Below, piece by piece: positions 41,136 to 50,909 of a stretch of 64,000 nucleotides of DNA. The translations under genes were made by a program, and so were the position numbers. Under the pieces are notes generated by a model. The model ran no database searches. It saw only the letters and a program-made list of their open reading frames with translations, and was not told where the DNA came from. The first letter of the stretch is position 1. Every line of letters begins with the position of its first letter. The DNA comes from a bacterium (lineage in GTDB: Archaea; Thermoplasmatota; E2; JACPAO01; JAHFTW01): the NCBI GenBank assembly GCA_040390065.1, contig JAZJZE010000011.1:1-64000 (forward strand). The letters run 5' to 3'.

Positions 41136-41876
41136 ATGAACTGCATGAACACCAAACCAACACTGATGACCTTCGCCGCCATCGCACTGGCAGCAACCAT
41201 GGTCGCACCCGGCGCCAGCGCCGTCGTCGTCCAAGCCACGCACCACCAAACCGCAGGCGGAACGCCGGTCTTCGGCTCCCTCTGGGGTTGCATCGTCGTC
41301 TCCTGCAGCAACCTGCTCGAGGACTCCACGGACCACCTCAGCCTCAACACGCCGACCTACCTCGTCGCGGCCCGCATCATGTACGCCGGAACCGCTGCCT
41401 GCGGCGACGGCATCTACCGCCCTGGCCTGTGCCAGCCCGGCGGCGCGGACAACCAGGCCTACTTCTACGGCCGCGGCACGCAGGCACCACTGACCGGCGC
41501 CTTCCCAGCCATTTGCATCCTCGCTGACGGCGACCCGGGCGCGACGGGCTTCCCGAACAACGACGGTGGCTCCGGCGCCGTCGACTTCGGCATGACCTAC
41601 TCCGTCTGGCAGAACGTGCCCTTTGTCCAGAACGGTGTCATGTTCGCCAACGGCGGCACGACGACCTCGAGCGGCCCGTACTTCGTGTCGGACTTCCTGG
41701 TCATTGGCACCGGCACGGACGTGAACTTCCAGGTCAACATCTACAACCCGAACACCACGGCCTGCAACTCGTGGTTTGATGCGGACGCCGGCGCTGACGT
41801 TGATGCCGGTGAGACGACCTCCATCACGCCGACCAACGGCAACAGCGACTGGGTCACCTTGCACCTGGTCTACTAG
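41136..41876 (+). CDS. Secreted Cys-containing beta-rich protein
   Basis: Signal peptide; strongly C-ending codons; pyrimidine/T-tract downstream. Confidence 0.8.
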   Translation: MNCMNTKPTLMTFAAIALAATMVAPGASAVVVQATHHQTAGGTPVFGSLWGCIVVSCSNLLEDSTDHLSLNTPTYLVAARIMYAGTAACGDGIYRPGLCQPGGADNQAYFYGRGTQAPLTGAFPAICILADGDPGATGFPNNDGGSGAVDFGMTYSVWQNVPFVQNGVMFANGGTTTSSGPYFVSDFLVIGTGTDVNFQVNIYNPNTTACNSWFDADAGADVDAGETTSITPTNGNSDWVTLHLVY

Positions 41877-41946
41877 ACCAGTGCGGATGCAGAATTCCCA
41901 GCCTCCTCCCCCTTTTTCTATCCGCCGCACTCCTCCCGGTCTTGCC

Positions 41947-43101
41947 ATGACTTGTCGTCCCATCGCCGGCTTCACCGCCGTGTTTCTTGTCCTCCTTCTT
42001 GCCGCACCCCTGCCGGCGTCCGCCGAAGCGCAGGCTCAACCCGCGGGCGCAGTGGAGCAGGCCGCACTTGCCCGCATCGAGCAGCAAATCCGCGACCTGG
42101 CGGCCGCAAATCCAAAGCTCCCGGGACCGACGTTTGCGTGGAACGCCATGGCCGCTGACCGGCCGGACCTTGCCGTGCGGGATGCAGCGCGCGAACTGGC
42201 CTTCTACCGATGGCGCGCGTGGCTCGACTTTGACGAGAATCACCATTCCTCCCTCACAGGTCGCCAGGCATTGGACCGGGCCCGCAGCGAGTCCGCGGCC
42301 ATGCAGGCCGAGGCCCTTGCGACGATGCATGCGTTGGATGACTCCCCCGTCGCCGGCTCCGGGCCGGAACTGGAAGACGGCGTTGCCCGCGCCTTGCCTG
42401 CTGCTGGCATCGTCACCCAGTCGCCCTATGTCGACAATTTCCTCCTTTCCTGGCAGCGGCGCTACGCAGACAACGCGACCGACCTGAGCCCGCTCATCAC
42501 GGTCATGGCCGCATTCGAGGCATCACGGATCCTCATGCAAGAGTTGCCGCCCCCTGCGCGCGGCGCAAGCGTCGTGGCCGCTCTCGACGAAGGGACCGCC
42601 CGCCGAGTCCATGAAAACGTCACGTACTGGATTGGATCCAGCGATCTCCCAAGTGTGGTGGCGGGGGCGGGCGAATCGTATTACCAGGATGCCCTCGAAG
42701 CGCAGCGCCCCCTTGCAGCCTTGGTCTATATGCTGGCGGCCGAGATGGCCCACGAGCAATCCGAGATTGGCGCCGAAATCGGCGCGAAGGGCTACGACAT
42801 GCCCGCGACCTTGCGCTCGATGCATGACGAAGGGATGGGCTGGAAGCCTTCGATGCTCACTCGCGAGGCGGTCGATCTTGCCGGTTTCGTGCTCGAGGAC
42901 GGGCGCATCGCCGAAAACGAATCCGGACTCGCAATCGAAGCCGTGGCGCGCCTCGCCATGGTGCGGCTCCTGCACGGGGAGTCGCCTCCAGTCGAGTACA
43001 GTCGGGCGCCATCGCAAGATTCCCCCGGCGTGGGAGAACTCGGCGCGTCCCTGATGGTCCTCATTGCGGCCCTCCTGGTCTCGCGGCGCCGTCGGTCCTG
43101 A
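41947..43101 (+). CDS. Secreted helical protein with PGF-CTERM-like anchor
   Basis: Signal peptide; C-terminal SPGVG + TM + RRRRS. Confidence 0.75.
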   Translation: MTCRPIAGFTAVFLVLLLAAPLPASAEAQAQPAGAVEQAALARIEQQIRDLAAANPKLPGPTFAWNAMAADRPDLAVRDAARELAFYRWRAWLDFDENHHSSLTGRQALDRARSESAAMQAEALATMHALDDSPVAGSGPELEDGVARALPAAGIVTQSPYVDNFLLSWQRRYADNATDLSPLITVMAAFEASRILMQELPPPARGASVVAALDEGTARRVHENVTYWIGSSDLPSVVAGAGESYYQDALEAQRPLAALVYMLAAEMAHEQSEIGAEIGAKGYDMPATLRSMHDEGMGWKPSMLTREAVDLAGFVLEDGRIAENESGLAIEAVARLAMVRLLHGESPPVEYSRAPSQDSPGVGELGASLMVLIAALLVSRRRRS

Positions 43102-43175
43102 CGCCGAGCTGGGGCAATCGCGAGCGGGCCTCTTGCAGCCAAAGGGGCTATGTCTGTCCCGTCCATCGTTCCCTG

Positions 43176-44666
43176 ATGCGCGCCATCGCAGTTTTCGGCC
43201 TATGCCTCGCCATGCTGGTTCCCACGGTCGCGTCCCTGGCACTTCCTGCGCCCGCCGCGGCGCCCGCCACGATGCAGGCCAATACAGCCAGCCCACTATG
43301 GAGTGCATTGCGTGAATCGGGGCGCACCCCAGCCCAGTGGGCGGTCCTTCTGACCTCGGACGCGGATGGCAACCACAGGACCGATTTCCTGGACGTCCTG
43401 CTTTCCATTGCTGCCGCGACCGGCCACCTCCAGACACCGGTCGAACTCCTTGTGTACGCCGATGCGGGCGGCCGGGCGTCGCTATTGGCCACCCAGCCGG
43501 GTGCCACATCCATCGACGGCGCGGGCGCAGTCTTCCTCCAGGCGGCCTTGAGCCGCGTCGCTTCCCTGGCAAGCCAGCCAGGTGTGTCTCTTGTCGTTTG
43601 GGAACCCCGTGCCTACGTCGACGGCACGTCGAACAACCCGGCAAGCAGCAACCCGGCAGGTTTGGCCCAGATTGGAATCCACCAAGGGGACCAGGCGTGG
43701 AGCGCCGGCTATGCGGGCTCGGGCGTCAAGATTGCCATCATCGATACCGGCGCAGACATCGGCCACCAAGCCCTCGATGGGGGCAAGGTGACCGCGTTCA
43801 AGGACTGCGTCGGCAGCGGCGCCACGTCGTACGACAACAACGGCCATGGAACGCATGTGGCGTCCATCGCCGCGGGGGACGACGGCACGGACTTCCGCGG
43901 AATCGCCTACCAAGCCGATCTCGTCATCGTGAAGGTCTTGGATGCGGCCGGCAGCGGTTCTCTCGCCGGATTCCAGTGTGGCATCACGTGGCTAAAGAAC
44001 GGCGGCTCGCCGCGCGCAGACGTGGCCTCCATGTCGGCCGGACTCGCCGTTCCGCCCTTGGGCATCACGACGCTGAACGGCGGCGAAACCGACCTGTTCG
44101 GGTGGGACACCGTTGCGCAGCAGCTCCCCGGCGCCGTCGACATGCCGTTTGCCATTGCCGCCGGAAACTGGGTCTCGACGGCCTACACGGACGTCAGCGG
44201 CGTCGACGAGACGACGCATGTCGGCGTCAACGGGGTCAACCAAGTATCTTCCCCGGGCTTCGCCAACGGAATCATCGCCGTCGGCGCAGTCGACAACAAG
44301 CAGGCCCCAGCCAGCTTTACGGCCCTTGGCCCAGGAAAGCATGGCACAATCTACAAGCCCGACGTGGCCGCCATGGGCGTCGACACGTGGGGCGCCGCCT
44401 ACGGCAGCACCTCGTACTACGTGCAGTGGTCGGGGACAAGCATGGCCACACCCCTTGCCGCTGGCGCGCTGGCCCTACTCGTCGACAAGGACAACACACT
44501 CACCTATACCCAGTACAACGACGCCCTACGCAACGGTGCCGGCCCCGGCTGTATCGTGGCCCTCAGTGGCGCAGGTTGCCTGGCAGGACTCAACGAGGTT
44601 CCCGACCCCAATTTCGTGGTTGGCTTCGGCGTCGTGAAGGCAAAGACAAGTCTCGACCTCATCTGA
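43176..44666 (+). CDS. Secreted S8 subtilisin-like serine protease
   Basis: Catalytic triad IIDTG / NGHGTHVA / GTSMATP; AAGN oxyanion motif. Confidence 0.95.
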   Translation: MRAIAVFGLCLAMLVPTVASLALPAPAAAPATMQANTASPLWSALRESGRTPAQWAVLLTSDADGNHRTDFLDVLLSIAAATGHLQTPVELLVYADAGGRASLLATQPGATSIDGAGAVFLQAALSRVASLASQPGVSLVVWEPRAYVDGTSNNPASSNPAGLAQIGIHQGDQAWSAGYAGSGVKIAIIDTGADIGHQALDGGKVTAFKDCVGSGATSYDNNGHGTHVASIAAGDDGTDFRGIAYQADLVIVKVLDAAGSGSLAGFQCGITWLKNGGSPRADVASMSAGLAVPPLGITTLNGGETDLFGWDTVAQQLPGAVDMPFAIAAGNWVSTAYTDVSGVDETTHVGVNGVNQVSSPGFANGIIAVGAVDNKQAPASFTALGPGKHGTIYKPDVAAMGVDTWGAAYGSTSYYVQWSGTSMATPLAAGALALLVDKDNTLTYTQYNDALRNGAGPGCIVALSGAGCLAGLNEVPDPNFVVGFGVVKAKTSLDLI

Positions 44667-44770
44667 CGCGTGGTGGTCATGAGGGGCCGGCGCGGCCGAG
44701 GTTCCCCACGAGGGTTCACCGGGCCAACCTTTAGGACGCCTCCCCATCATGACGAGTCGGCCGTGAGGTT

Positions 44771-45307
44771 ATGGTGTCGGTCGGCACGTCAATGTTGGTT
44801 CTAGGCGCGCTTCTGCTCCTCCTAGCGCCGGGCGCAAGCGCAGGCGTCTGGGTGGATGGGGAGACGACGTCGGACAACCCCCGCGACCTGACCATCGACC
44901 GCACGGCTGGGCCGTGGAACGTCTTGCACTGGAAGGCACCGTCCGCCACGGACGGACGGACACTCACGGGCTACTGGGTGTACCGTGACCCGGGGACCTC
45001 GACCTTCGACCCAGCGACCGACTCGTATTTCATCCCCATTTCATCGGGGACGGCGTTCACGGACACCGCGTGGCCGTATTCGCAAGCCGCGCTCTACTAC
45101 GTGACCGCCGTCTTCCAAGATCCGGTGAGTGGCGTGGTCACCCAGAGTTGGCCAAGTGTTCCGGCCCCGTCATACAGTCTGCCCGCGGGCCACATCGCCT
45201 GGCCGTGTCAGCCCTTGGACTATGATGCCGCCGCCTCGGTCCCGACGGCCACGGCTGACCCCGTTTGTCTCCTGCGGTATTGGAAAGCCCTTCACGTACC
45301 GCCGTAG
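44771..45307 (+). CDS. Secreted FN3-like protein (paralog A)
   Basis: LHWKAP...GYWVYR...FTDT...YYVTA. Confidence 0.75.
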   Translation: MVSVGTSMLVLGALLLLLAPGASAGVWVDGETTSDNPRDLTIDRTAGPWNVLHWKAPSATDGRTLTGYWVYRDPGTSTFDPATDSYFIPISSGTAFTDTAWPYSQAALYYVTAVFQDPVSGVVTQSWPSVPAPSYSLPAGHIAWPCQPLDYDAAASVPTATADPVCLLRYWKALHVPP

Positions 45308-45628
45308 ACCCACCGCTTGCCGGGGGGACACCAACTGCCGACGAATCTTTGGCCAAAGCATGCGGGCGGCCCGCAGCTGTGGGGGCCGTTGCGAACGGGG
45401 AAAGCGCGTGGGGGTGGAGTGACCAAGACCGGCGTGGTGGATTGTCCGGATCCACGGTCGGTGAGTCGGCTGCTGATTTGCCGCCCCCATACGCAACCCC
45501 CTCCCTGCACCGAAATGCAAGAGTCGTTTGGCTAGATGGGGATATGGCGTGCCGCATGTAGCCAATCTTGTTATATGGGCCCCGTCGGTCGTGCTCTTGC
45601 GGCAAGATTTGCCGCGAGGTGGTGTTCA

Positions 45629-46147
45629 GTGAGGACTCTATTCGCCATGTTGGTTCTGACCATGACGGTGGCCTGTGCGCCGCCCGCAACCGCCGACCCT
45701 TTGCCGGTCAACTGGGTCATGACGCCAGGCCATGTGGGCTTCTGGGCCGATGGCATGACGACCACAAACCACCCGACGGACCTTTCCCTCAGCCGCTCCG
45801 CGACCTCCAACGAGTTGTCGTGGAACGCTCCCCTGTTCTCCGACGGGCGGACGTTGGTCGGCTACTACGTTTACCGACTCCCTGGAGACGCGCAGCTTGA
45901 CCCCGTTACATCGTTCTACGTAACAACAGGCACGTCCCTTTCCGACACGACAGCCGACCCCACGCACCCGTATGTGTACATGGCCACGGCCGAATTCCAA
46001 GATGCGTCGACGGGGCAGTTCACCCAAAGCCTGCCGGGGAACGTCGCTGTGGCGTTTGCCGGTGGATACCCGCACTGCATGACACCGCAATACAACCTTG
46101 CAGTCTTTCCCTATGTCTTCGTGGACGCTGGCTGCATCATTCCCTGA
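45629..46147 (+). CDS. Secreted FN3-like protein (paralog B)
   Basis: LSWNAP..DGRTLVGYYVYR...SDT...YMATA; clearly paralogous to 44771-45307. Confidence 0.75.
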   Translation: MRTLFAMLVLTMTVACAPPATADPLPVNWVMTPGHVGFWADGMTTTNHPTDLSLSRSATSNELSWNAPLFSDGRTLVGYYVYRLPGDAQLDPVTSFYVTTGTSLSDTTADPTHPYVYMATAEFQDASTGQFTQSLPGNVAVAFAGGYPHCMTPQYNLAVFPYVFVDAGCIIP

Positions 46148-46152
46148 GTGAC

Positions 46153-47676
46153 ATGGGCCGGATTCTCGTTGTCGTAATGCTGGCCATTTTGCTGACCATG
46201 CCGGTCGCGGCCGCTGACCCCTTGCCTTTCCTGTCGGGCAGCACGCGGGAGGCTTCCCTCGTCGGCGACGTGCAGGCCACGGGAGACCTGTCCTATTTCG
46301 CGTCGCTTGGCCGCCACGACCAACAGGACCCGGCGTCCAGGCTTCCGCCTGGTTCGCCAGAGATTGCTCCGACGACCATCACTCTTTTTGCTGAGTCGGT
46401 CGATGCGCAGACGGACGTTATGCGCTCCGATCCAACGGTGCTGTTCGTGGGGCCCGTGCAGAGCTACTCGGTGGAGAACCGGACGTTTGCGGGCGGAGTG
46501 TCGTTTTCATCCTCGGCAATTCGGCCAGGGTTCGATTTCTTTCTCGCGCCATCGCCGGGTCGGCCGCTTCCCCGGGTCAGCCTGTCGGCAGATTCCGGTG
46601 TGTTGCGGGCGGTGCCTGCACCTGGCAAGGAGTCGAACAAGATTGTGGCAGGACCGCATGAAGCGCTTCCGTCGGCCGGCCAAGCAACCATGGCCTGGAC
46701 CCCCGTGTCGTCTTGGCGTACGCTTTCGGTCGAGGGAGATTTCACGCTCGTCGCTTGGGAGATGGACTTCCACGCCACCTCGAGCGAAGCGGCGGTTGAC
46801 CTTGCGACTGGTTACGTCTTCAAGCCGGCTGCCCCCGTTCCAACGGGGGACGTAAACACCGTGGGATCAGTGGAGATGCGTCAGACTTACCTCGCCGTCC
46901 ATGCCGGAACGATTAGCTTCACCTTCGCTGCCGCGCCGACGGCGCAATTGGACTTCTCTGCCGTCCATGCCAACGTCGGCTATCAGGTGACGCTTCCGGA
47001 CGCCGACGGGTCCGTGCAAGGCCCGGCGGGGCCCGAGGCGTTCAGTCGTCGAGATGTGTTCGTCCAGGGCATCCTGGAGGTGTCGTTCGCCGACGCGGGC
47101 GCGACCGTCTTCGACGCCAGGGTTTCCGGTGACGCGGCGCAGGCGGTCGTGGGCGGCAAGGTCTATCACTTCTCGCCTCAGGGGAGCGTTGGGGCTCGTG
47201 GCGTCGCCGTGACCCCCACCGCGTGGCTTCCCGTCGCTGGTGGCGCAGTGGTGGTCGCCGGCCTCGGTGCCTATGCGCGACGGCGGTCTCAAGTGAAGAG
47301 GATGAACCACCTGGAGCTTCTCATGGAGGCGGCCATGTACAGGGACGCCGCCCGCTCGGCTGGTCGCCTAGTCCGGTCGCGCCGCCACGGGCAGGATGCC
47401 CAAGTCATCCAAACCGTGTCGCTTCTTCGCCTTGGGCGGCTGCCCGAAGCGCAGGCGTGCCTGCGGTCATGGCGCGGGCCGCAGGCAGCCACGGTGGATT
47501 ACCTGTGGGCATTCCTCCACGCGCTCCGGGGCGAGTCGCGCGAAGCCCGCATCCGACTCGACCAATGTCTCGCAAAGGACCGCGAAATGCACTTGGAGAT
47601 TGACACGAATCCGGTTTTCCAGCGGTTGTCCAAGCCGGCCGGGCCGGCAGCACACGAGGCTGGTGCATACACATAG
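46153..47676 (+). CDS. Membrane protein: extracellular beta domain, TM helix, cytoplasmic TPR-like tail
   Basis: Signal peptide, TM WLPVAGGAVVVAGLGAY, helical TPR-like C-terminus. Confidence 0.75.
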   Translation: MGRILVVVMLAILLTMPVAAADPLPFLSGSTREASLVGDVQATGDLSYFASLGRHDQQDPASRLPPGSPEIAPTTITLFAESVDAQTDVMRSDPTVLFVGPVQSYSVENRTFAGGVSFSSSAIRPGFDFFLAPSPGRPLPRVSLSADSGVLRAVPAPGKESNKIVAGPHEALPSAGQATMAWTPVSSWRTLSVEGDFTLVAWEMDFHATSSEAAVDLATGYVFKPAAPVPTGDVNTVGSVEMRQTYLAVHAGTISFTFAAAPTAQLDFSAVHANVGYQVTLPDADGSVQGPAGPEAFSRRDVFVQGILEVSFADAGATVFDARVSGDAAQAVVGGKVYHFSPQGSVGARGVAVTPTAWLPVAGGAVVVAGLGAYARRRSQVKRMNHLELLMEAAMYRDAARSAGRLVRSRRHGQDAQVIQTVSLLRLGRLPEAQACLRSWRGPQAATVDYLWAFLHALRGESREARIRLDQCLAKDREMHLEIDTNPVFQRLSKPAGPAAHEAGAYT

Positions 47677-47714
47677 CCGCGCGGCGCGATGGGGAAGGCA
47701 GCCGGTCCCGCATC

Positions 47715-48140
47715 GTGCAACTGATTGGGAGCGAACCCGGCATCAACAAGACCACGCTTTGCCGGGAATTGGGCCTCGGCTGGGGAACTGTTTCGCACCA
47801 CCTGCGCGTGTTGACGCGCCGTGGACTCGTTGCGGCCTACGGTCGTGGAAAGGAAGTCCACTGGTTCCCCTGCAGCGTCGATGAGGCCCAGTACCGATGG
47901 TTGTGCGTGCTGCACGATGGCCGGGCGGCGTCAATCGTCAATCATCTCGAGAGGCGTCCCGGCCTGCGGTTGAGTGACCTTTCGGACTCAATCGGGATTT
48001 CGCGGAAAGTCATCCGGCGTCACCTGTCGCAGCTGGGGGAAGAGGGCTTGGTGACCCACGAAGGCGAAACACAGCGGCGCTACCGTTTGCAGCGGCCTCT
48101 TCTCCCTGCGGGGCCGGACGACGTGAGCCATCGACAATGA
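47715..48140 (+). CDS. Tandem winged-helix transcriptional regulator (COG3398-like)
   Basis: EPGINKTTLCRELGLGWGTVSHHLRVL and RPGLRLSDLSDSIGISRKVIRRHL; start codon uncertain. Confidence 0.85.
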   Translation: MQLIGSEPGINKTTLCRELGLGWGTVSHHLRVLTRRGLVAAYGRGKEVHWFPCSVDEAQYRWLCVLHDGRAASIVNHLERRPGLRLSDLSDSIGISRKVIRRHLSQLGEEGLVTHEGETQRRYRLQRPLLPAGPDDVSHRQ

Positions 48141-48373
48141 CCCGACGCCTGTTTGCTGGCGCCGACGTTGAGCCGAATGGTGCAAACGCTGCGGCCCCCC
48201 GGTCTCCTCGCGGTCCTCGACTGGGCTGAACCGCCGGCCCCGACCGCGCAGTCCAGGGATCGGACCACAGCGGCTACCCACGGGAGGTAGCCCGGATCCG
48301 GCTTGTCTTGTCTTTGAAATCCGGCCCACCCCGTTCAATAGGTCTGGTGCCTGGTATGGCGTCGGTGCCAAAA

Positions 48374-48673
48374 ATGCGCTACGCCATCGTCTACGCCTTG
48401 CTTCTGCTGGCCACAGCAGTCCCGACCGCCACCGCCGATACAGGCGTGTGCGCCTTCCGCTCCGAGACCTGCGGCAACGACGGCTCATCCAGCTGCCCGA
48501 CCTGCGTCATCTTGCCCAGTGGCGAATTGGGCGGCTGCGTGCGCTATCCCGACTGCATGGCGGTCCCAGTTCCCTGCCACCCCGACCCGGGGTCCGGGGC
48601 TACCATTTACTGCACCCAGAACAGCTTTGGAGATGGCGTCTGTTATGGGTCAGTCACGGCAGGCGAAGCGTAG
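48374..48673 (+). CDS. Secreted Cys-rich mini-protein, copy 1 (9 Cys)
   Basis: Signal peptide + DTGVCAFRS..CGNDGSS...GCVRYPDC...YCTQNS.GDG.CY. Confidence 0.85.
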   Translation: MRYAIVYALLLLATAVPTATADTGVCAFRSETCGNDGSSSCPTCVILPSGELGGCVRYPDCMAVPVPCHPDPGSGATIYCTQNSFGDGVCYGSVTAGEA

Positions 48674-49063
48674 GTGTTCCAGGCGTCTTGCATGAGTTTC
48701 TGCGGGTCTTGTGGGGCCCTGATTTCATTTTCCCTCCTATTTTGCCACTTCTCGATCAGGTGAATCCGGCCCGTAGGGCCCATGCGCGTCGTGTGCCCCG
48801 GTCTCGGCTGGCCCCCTGGTTTCGTCAACGATTTTCGGGGCGGCCGGATGAAAACAACTCGCAGCGAGCCTCAAATTGTCGCAAAATGGTCCAAACAGCC
48901 CTTTCAAAATGTTAAGGTGTTGGGCAAAATGCGCCGACCCTCAAACCCGGCATCACCCAAAAACAACACCCTCGCCGGGAGAGCACCATCCCATGCAAGC
49001 CTGGTCAGGATACTGTGGCGCGGCCGTCAAGGATGGCTTTCTCCGTTCGTGACCTTGTCACGT

Positions 49064-49495
49064 TTAGCGCCAGCTGCCGTGCAAGAACACCCGTCGGTGT
49101 TGGCCTTCCCTGAGGAACTCGATGAACGGGTCATGGCCGGGCTCCGTCCATTGGATTGCCTTGGCAAGTCCGTCGTTGGCCTTGTCTTCGGCCTCGATGC
49201 CGCCGTCGGCGAGCAACCGGAAATTTGCCGAAGGCAAACCGGCGTTGACGAGGCAAAGCCGGATGTGGCCGTAAAACGTGTATTTTCCGCCCCCCTTCGA
49301 GGCCGTGAGGTCGCCAAAATCCACGGGCTGAACCCTCCACGCTGCTTTGGGACACGGCAAATCGCCGTTTGGGTTTTCGCAGAACATCGTGGAGGCCGGA
49401 TTGAATCGCGCATGGATGTTTGCGCCCATCCGCTTCCAGAAATCTTCCGCCGCCGTTGCGGCGTCCACTTTGTCAGATATCGAAATGGAAGCCAT
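49064..49495 (-). CDS. Hypothetical protein
   Basis: ORF with globular composition; atypical codon usage. Confidence 0.5.
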   Translation of the reverse strand: MASISISDKVDAATAAEDFWKRMGANIHARFNPASTMFCENPNGDLPCPKAAWRVQPVDFGDLTASKGGGKYTFYGHIRLCLVNAGLPSANFRLLADGGIEAEDKANDGLAKAIQWTEPGHDPFIEFLREGQHRRVFLHGSWR

Positions 49496-49628
49496 GGGGG
49501 GCGCAACGCGTGCCGCGAGAAAGGACTTTGGGCGGAGCACGTATTTCCTTAGGGAAAGCCCGCAGAGGATTGCGGTGCCTCGGGAGCGGAACAAGCTCCT
49601 TCAAGACTCTCGTGGGAATAGCCGGACC

Positions 49629-49886
49629 ATGGCCAACCCGTGGCTCAACATCGTCGGTTTGTGCGCCGACTTCGTAGGCGTTCTCGTTTTCTTCTGGGGC
49701 ATCTACATTCCGAAGGACGCTCTTCAGCGCATGAAAATGGAGGTCGCCCAGGTGGGCACTATTGGCGGTGGCGGGCCGGACCAGCTCATGAAGGATCGTG
49801 AGCAATCCATCAAGATAGGTATGTGGGGCACCCTTCTTTTAGCGATCGGCTTCCTGTTTCAGCTTGCGGGAAGTTGGCCGAACTAG
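49629..49886 (+). CDS. Small two-TM membrane protein
   Basis: LNIVGLCADFVGVLVFF ... GTLLLAIGFLFQL. Confidence 0.7.
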   Translation: MANPWLNIVGLCADFVGVLVFFWGIYIPKDALQRMKMEVAQVGTIGGGGPDQLMKDREQSIKIGMWGTLLLAIGFLFQLAGSWPN

Positions 49887-50096
49887 GTCTCGAGGTGGCC
49901 AGGGAACGCGGTGTAATCCCGACGAGGATTTCGCCACGGTTTGGGGACTAATCCTGGGGACAAGGGCACCGTCGCGCTGCTAGGCCTCGACGGTCCTTCT
50001 TGATCTACGAGCGGGCCCGCGCGTGCAAGACTTTGTGCGTCTCGGTTCCGCCGTCTTGTAGGGGCGACCTCAAATCGTGTCGCAGAATGCGCAACC

Positions 50097-50834
50097 ATGG
50101 CTCACCCGGGTCGCGTTCGCTGGCGCCGCGTGTTCGCTGACCTCGAGGTTATCGCGGACAAATGGACGTCAAGGCCGTTCCGGCGCCGCACTGCCAACCT
50201 GGCATTCTATTGGCTCCTCGCAATTGCTGTCGGGGGCGGGTTCCTGTGGGTTGAGTTCCATCCGCTGGTGGGCCCCAAGCAGCACCCGACGTGGGTCGAC
50301 GCAAGTCAGGACGCACTTATTGGATTCATGTTCTCCGCCCTGGCGGGGTACTCCTTTCACTTCAGACCGAGGCCACGGACCTGGGCCGAGCCTAGCGACG
50401 CCGAGACTCAACTTATCGCCGCGCAAATCTCCTCGTTACGAGAAGGTCGGGACAGCAATCGCGTCAAGTGGTTGGCGGCAGTTCTGGTGGTTCATACGGC
50501 GACCTTCAGCCTGTTCGGGTGGCTCCTGGACAAGCATGTGGCGACCGACCGCTTTCCAGGCCAACAATTGGTGGCCGTCGGTCTGACTGCGGCGTGGCTA
50601 GTGTGTTGGGGTGCCGCGGCCTCAATCTTGGAGTATGCGTACCGATTGAGAACGGCTGTTGATTTCCTGGCCAAGGGCCACAAGGGCCTGGTGGGCGACT
50701 TCTTCCGGTCCGTTCATCAGCCACTCCCCACTTCAGTCGTCCATGCGGCCGTTCCCCTCGCGCTCTTCCTTCTGGGAGGATACTGGGCACAGGTTTCCCT
50801 GAACGTCTGGGTCCGGATTCTAGGCTGGGCATGA
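50097..50834 (+). CDS. Multi-pass membrane protein
   Basis: About five hydrophobic helices; convergent with the HExxH gene. Confidence 0.6.
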   Translation: MAHPGRVRWRRVFADLEVIADKWTSRPFRRRTANLAFYWLLAIAVGGGFLWVEFHPLVGPKQHPTWVDASQDALIGFMFSALAGYSFHFRPRPRTWAEPSDAETQLIAAQISSLREGRDSNRVKWLAAVLVVHTATFSLFGWLLDKHVATDRFPGQQLVAVGLTAAWLVCWGAAASILEYAYRLRTAVDFLAKGHKGLVGDFFRSVHQPLPTSVVHAAVPLALFLLGGYWAQVSLNVWVRILGWA

Positions 50835-50909
50835 CGCACAACCCTGGGTAGGATTGCTGGAGGGCGAGCGTAAATCACCAGGCCCCTTTTCGTGGCGAGC
50901 CCTACCTGG

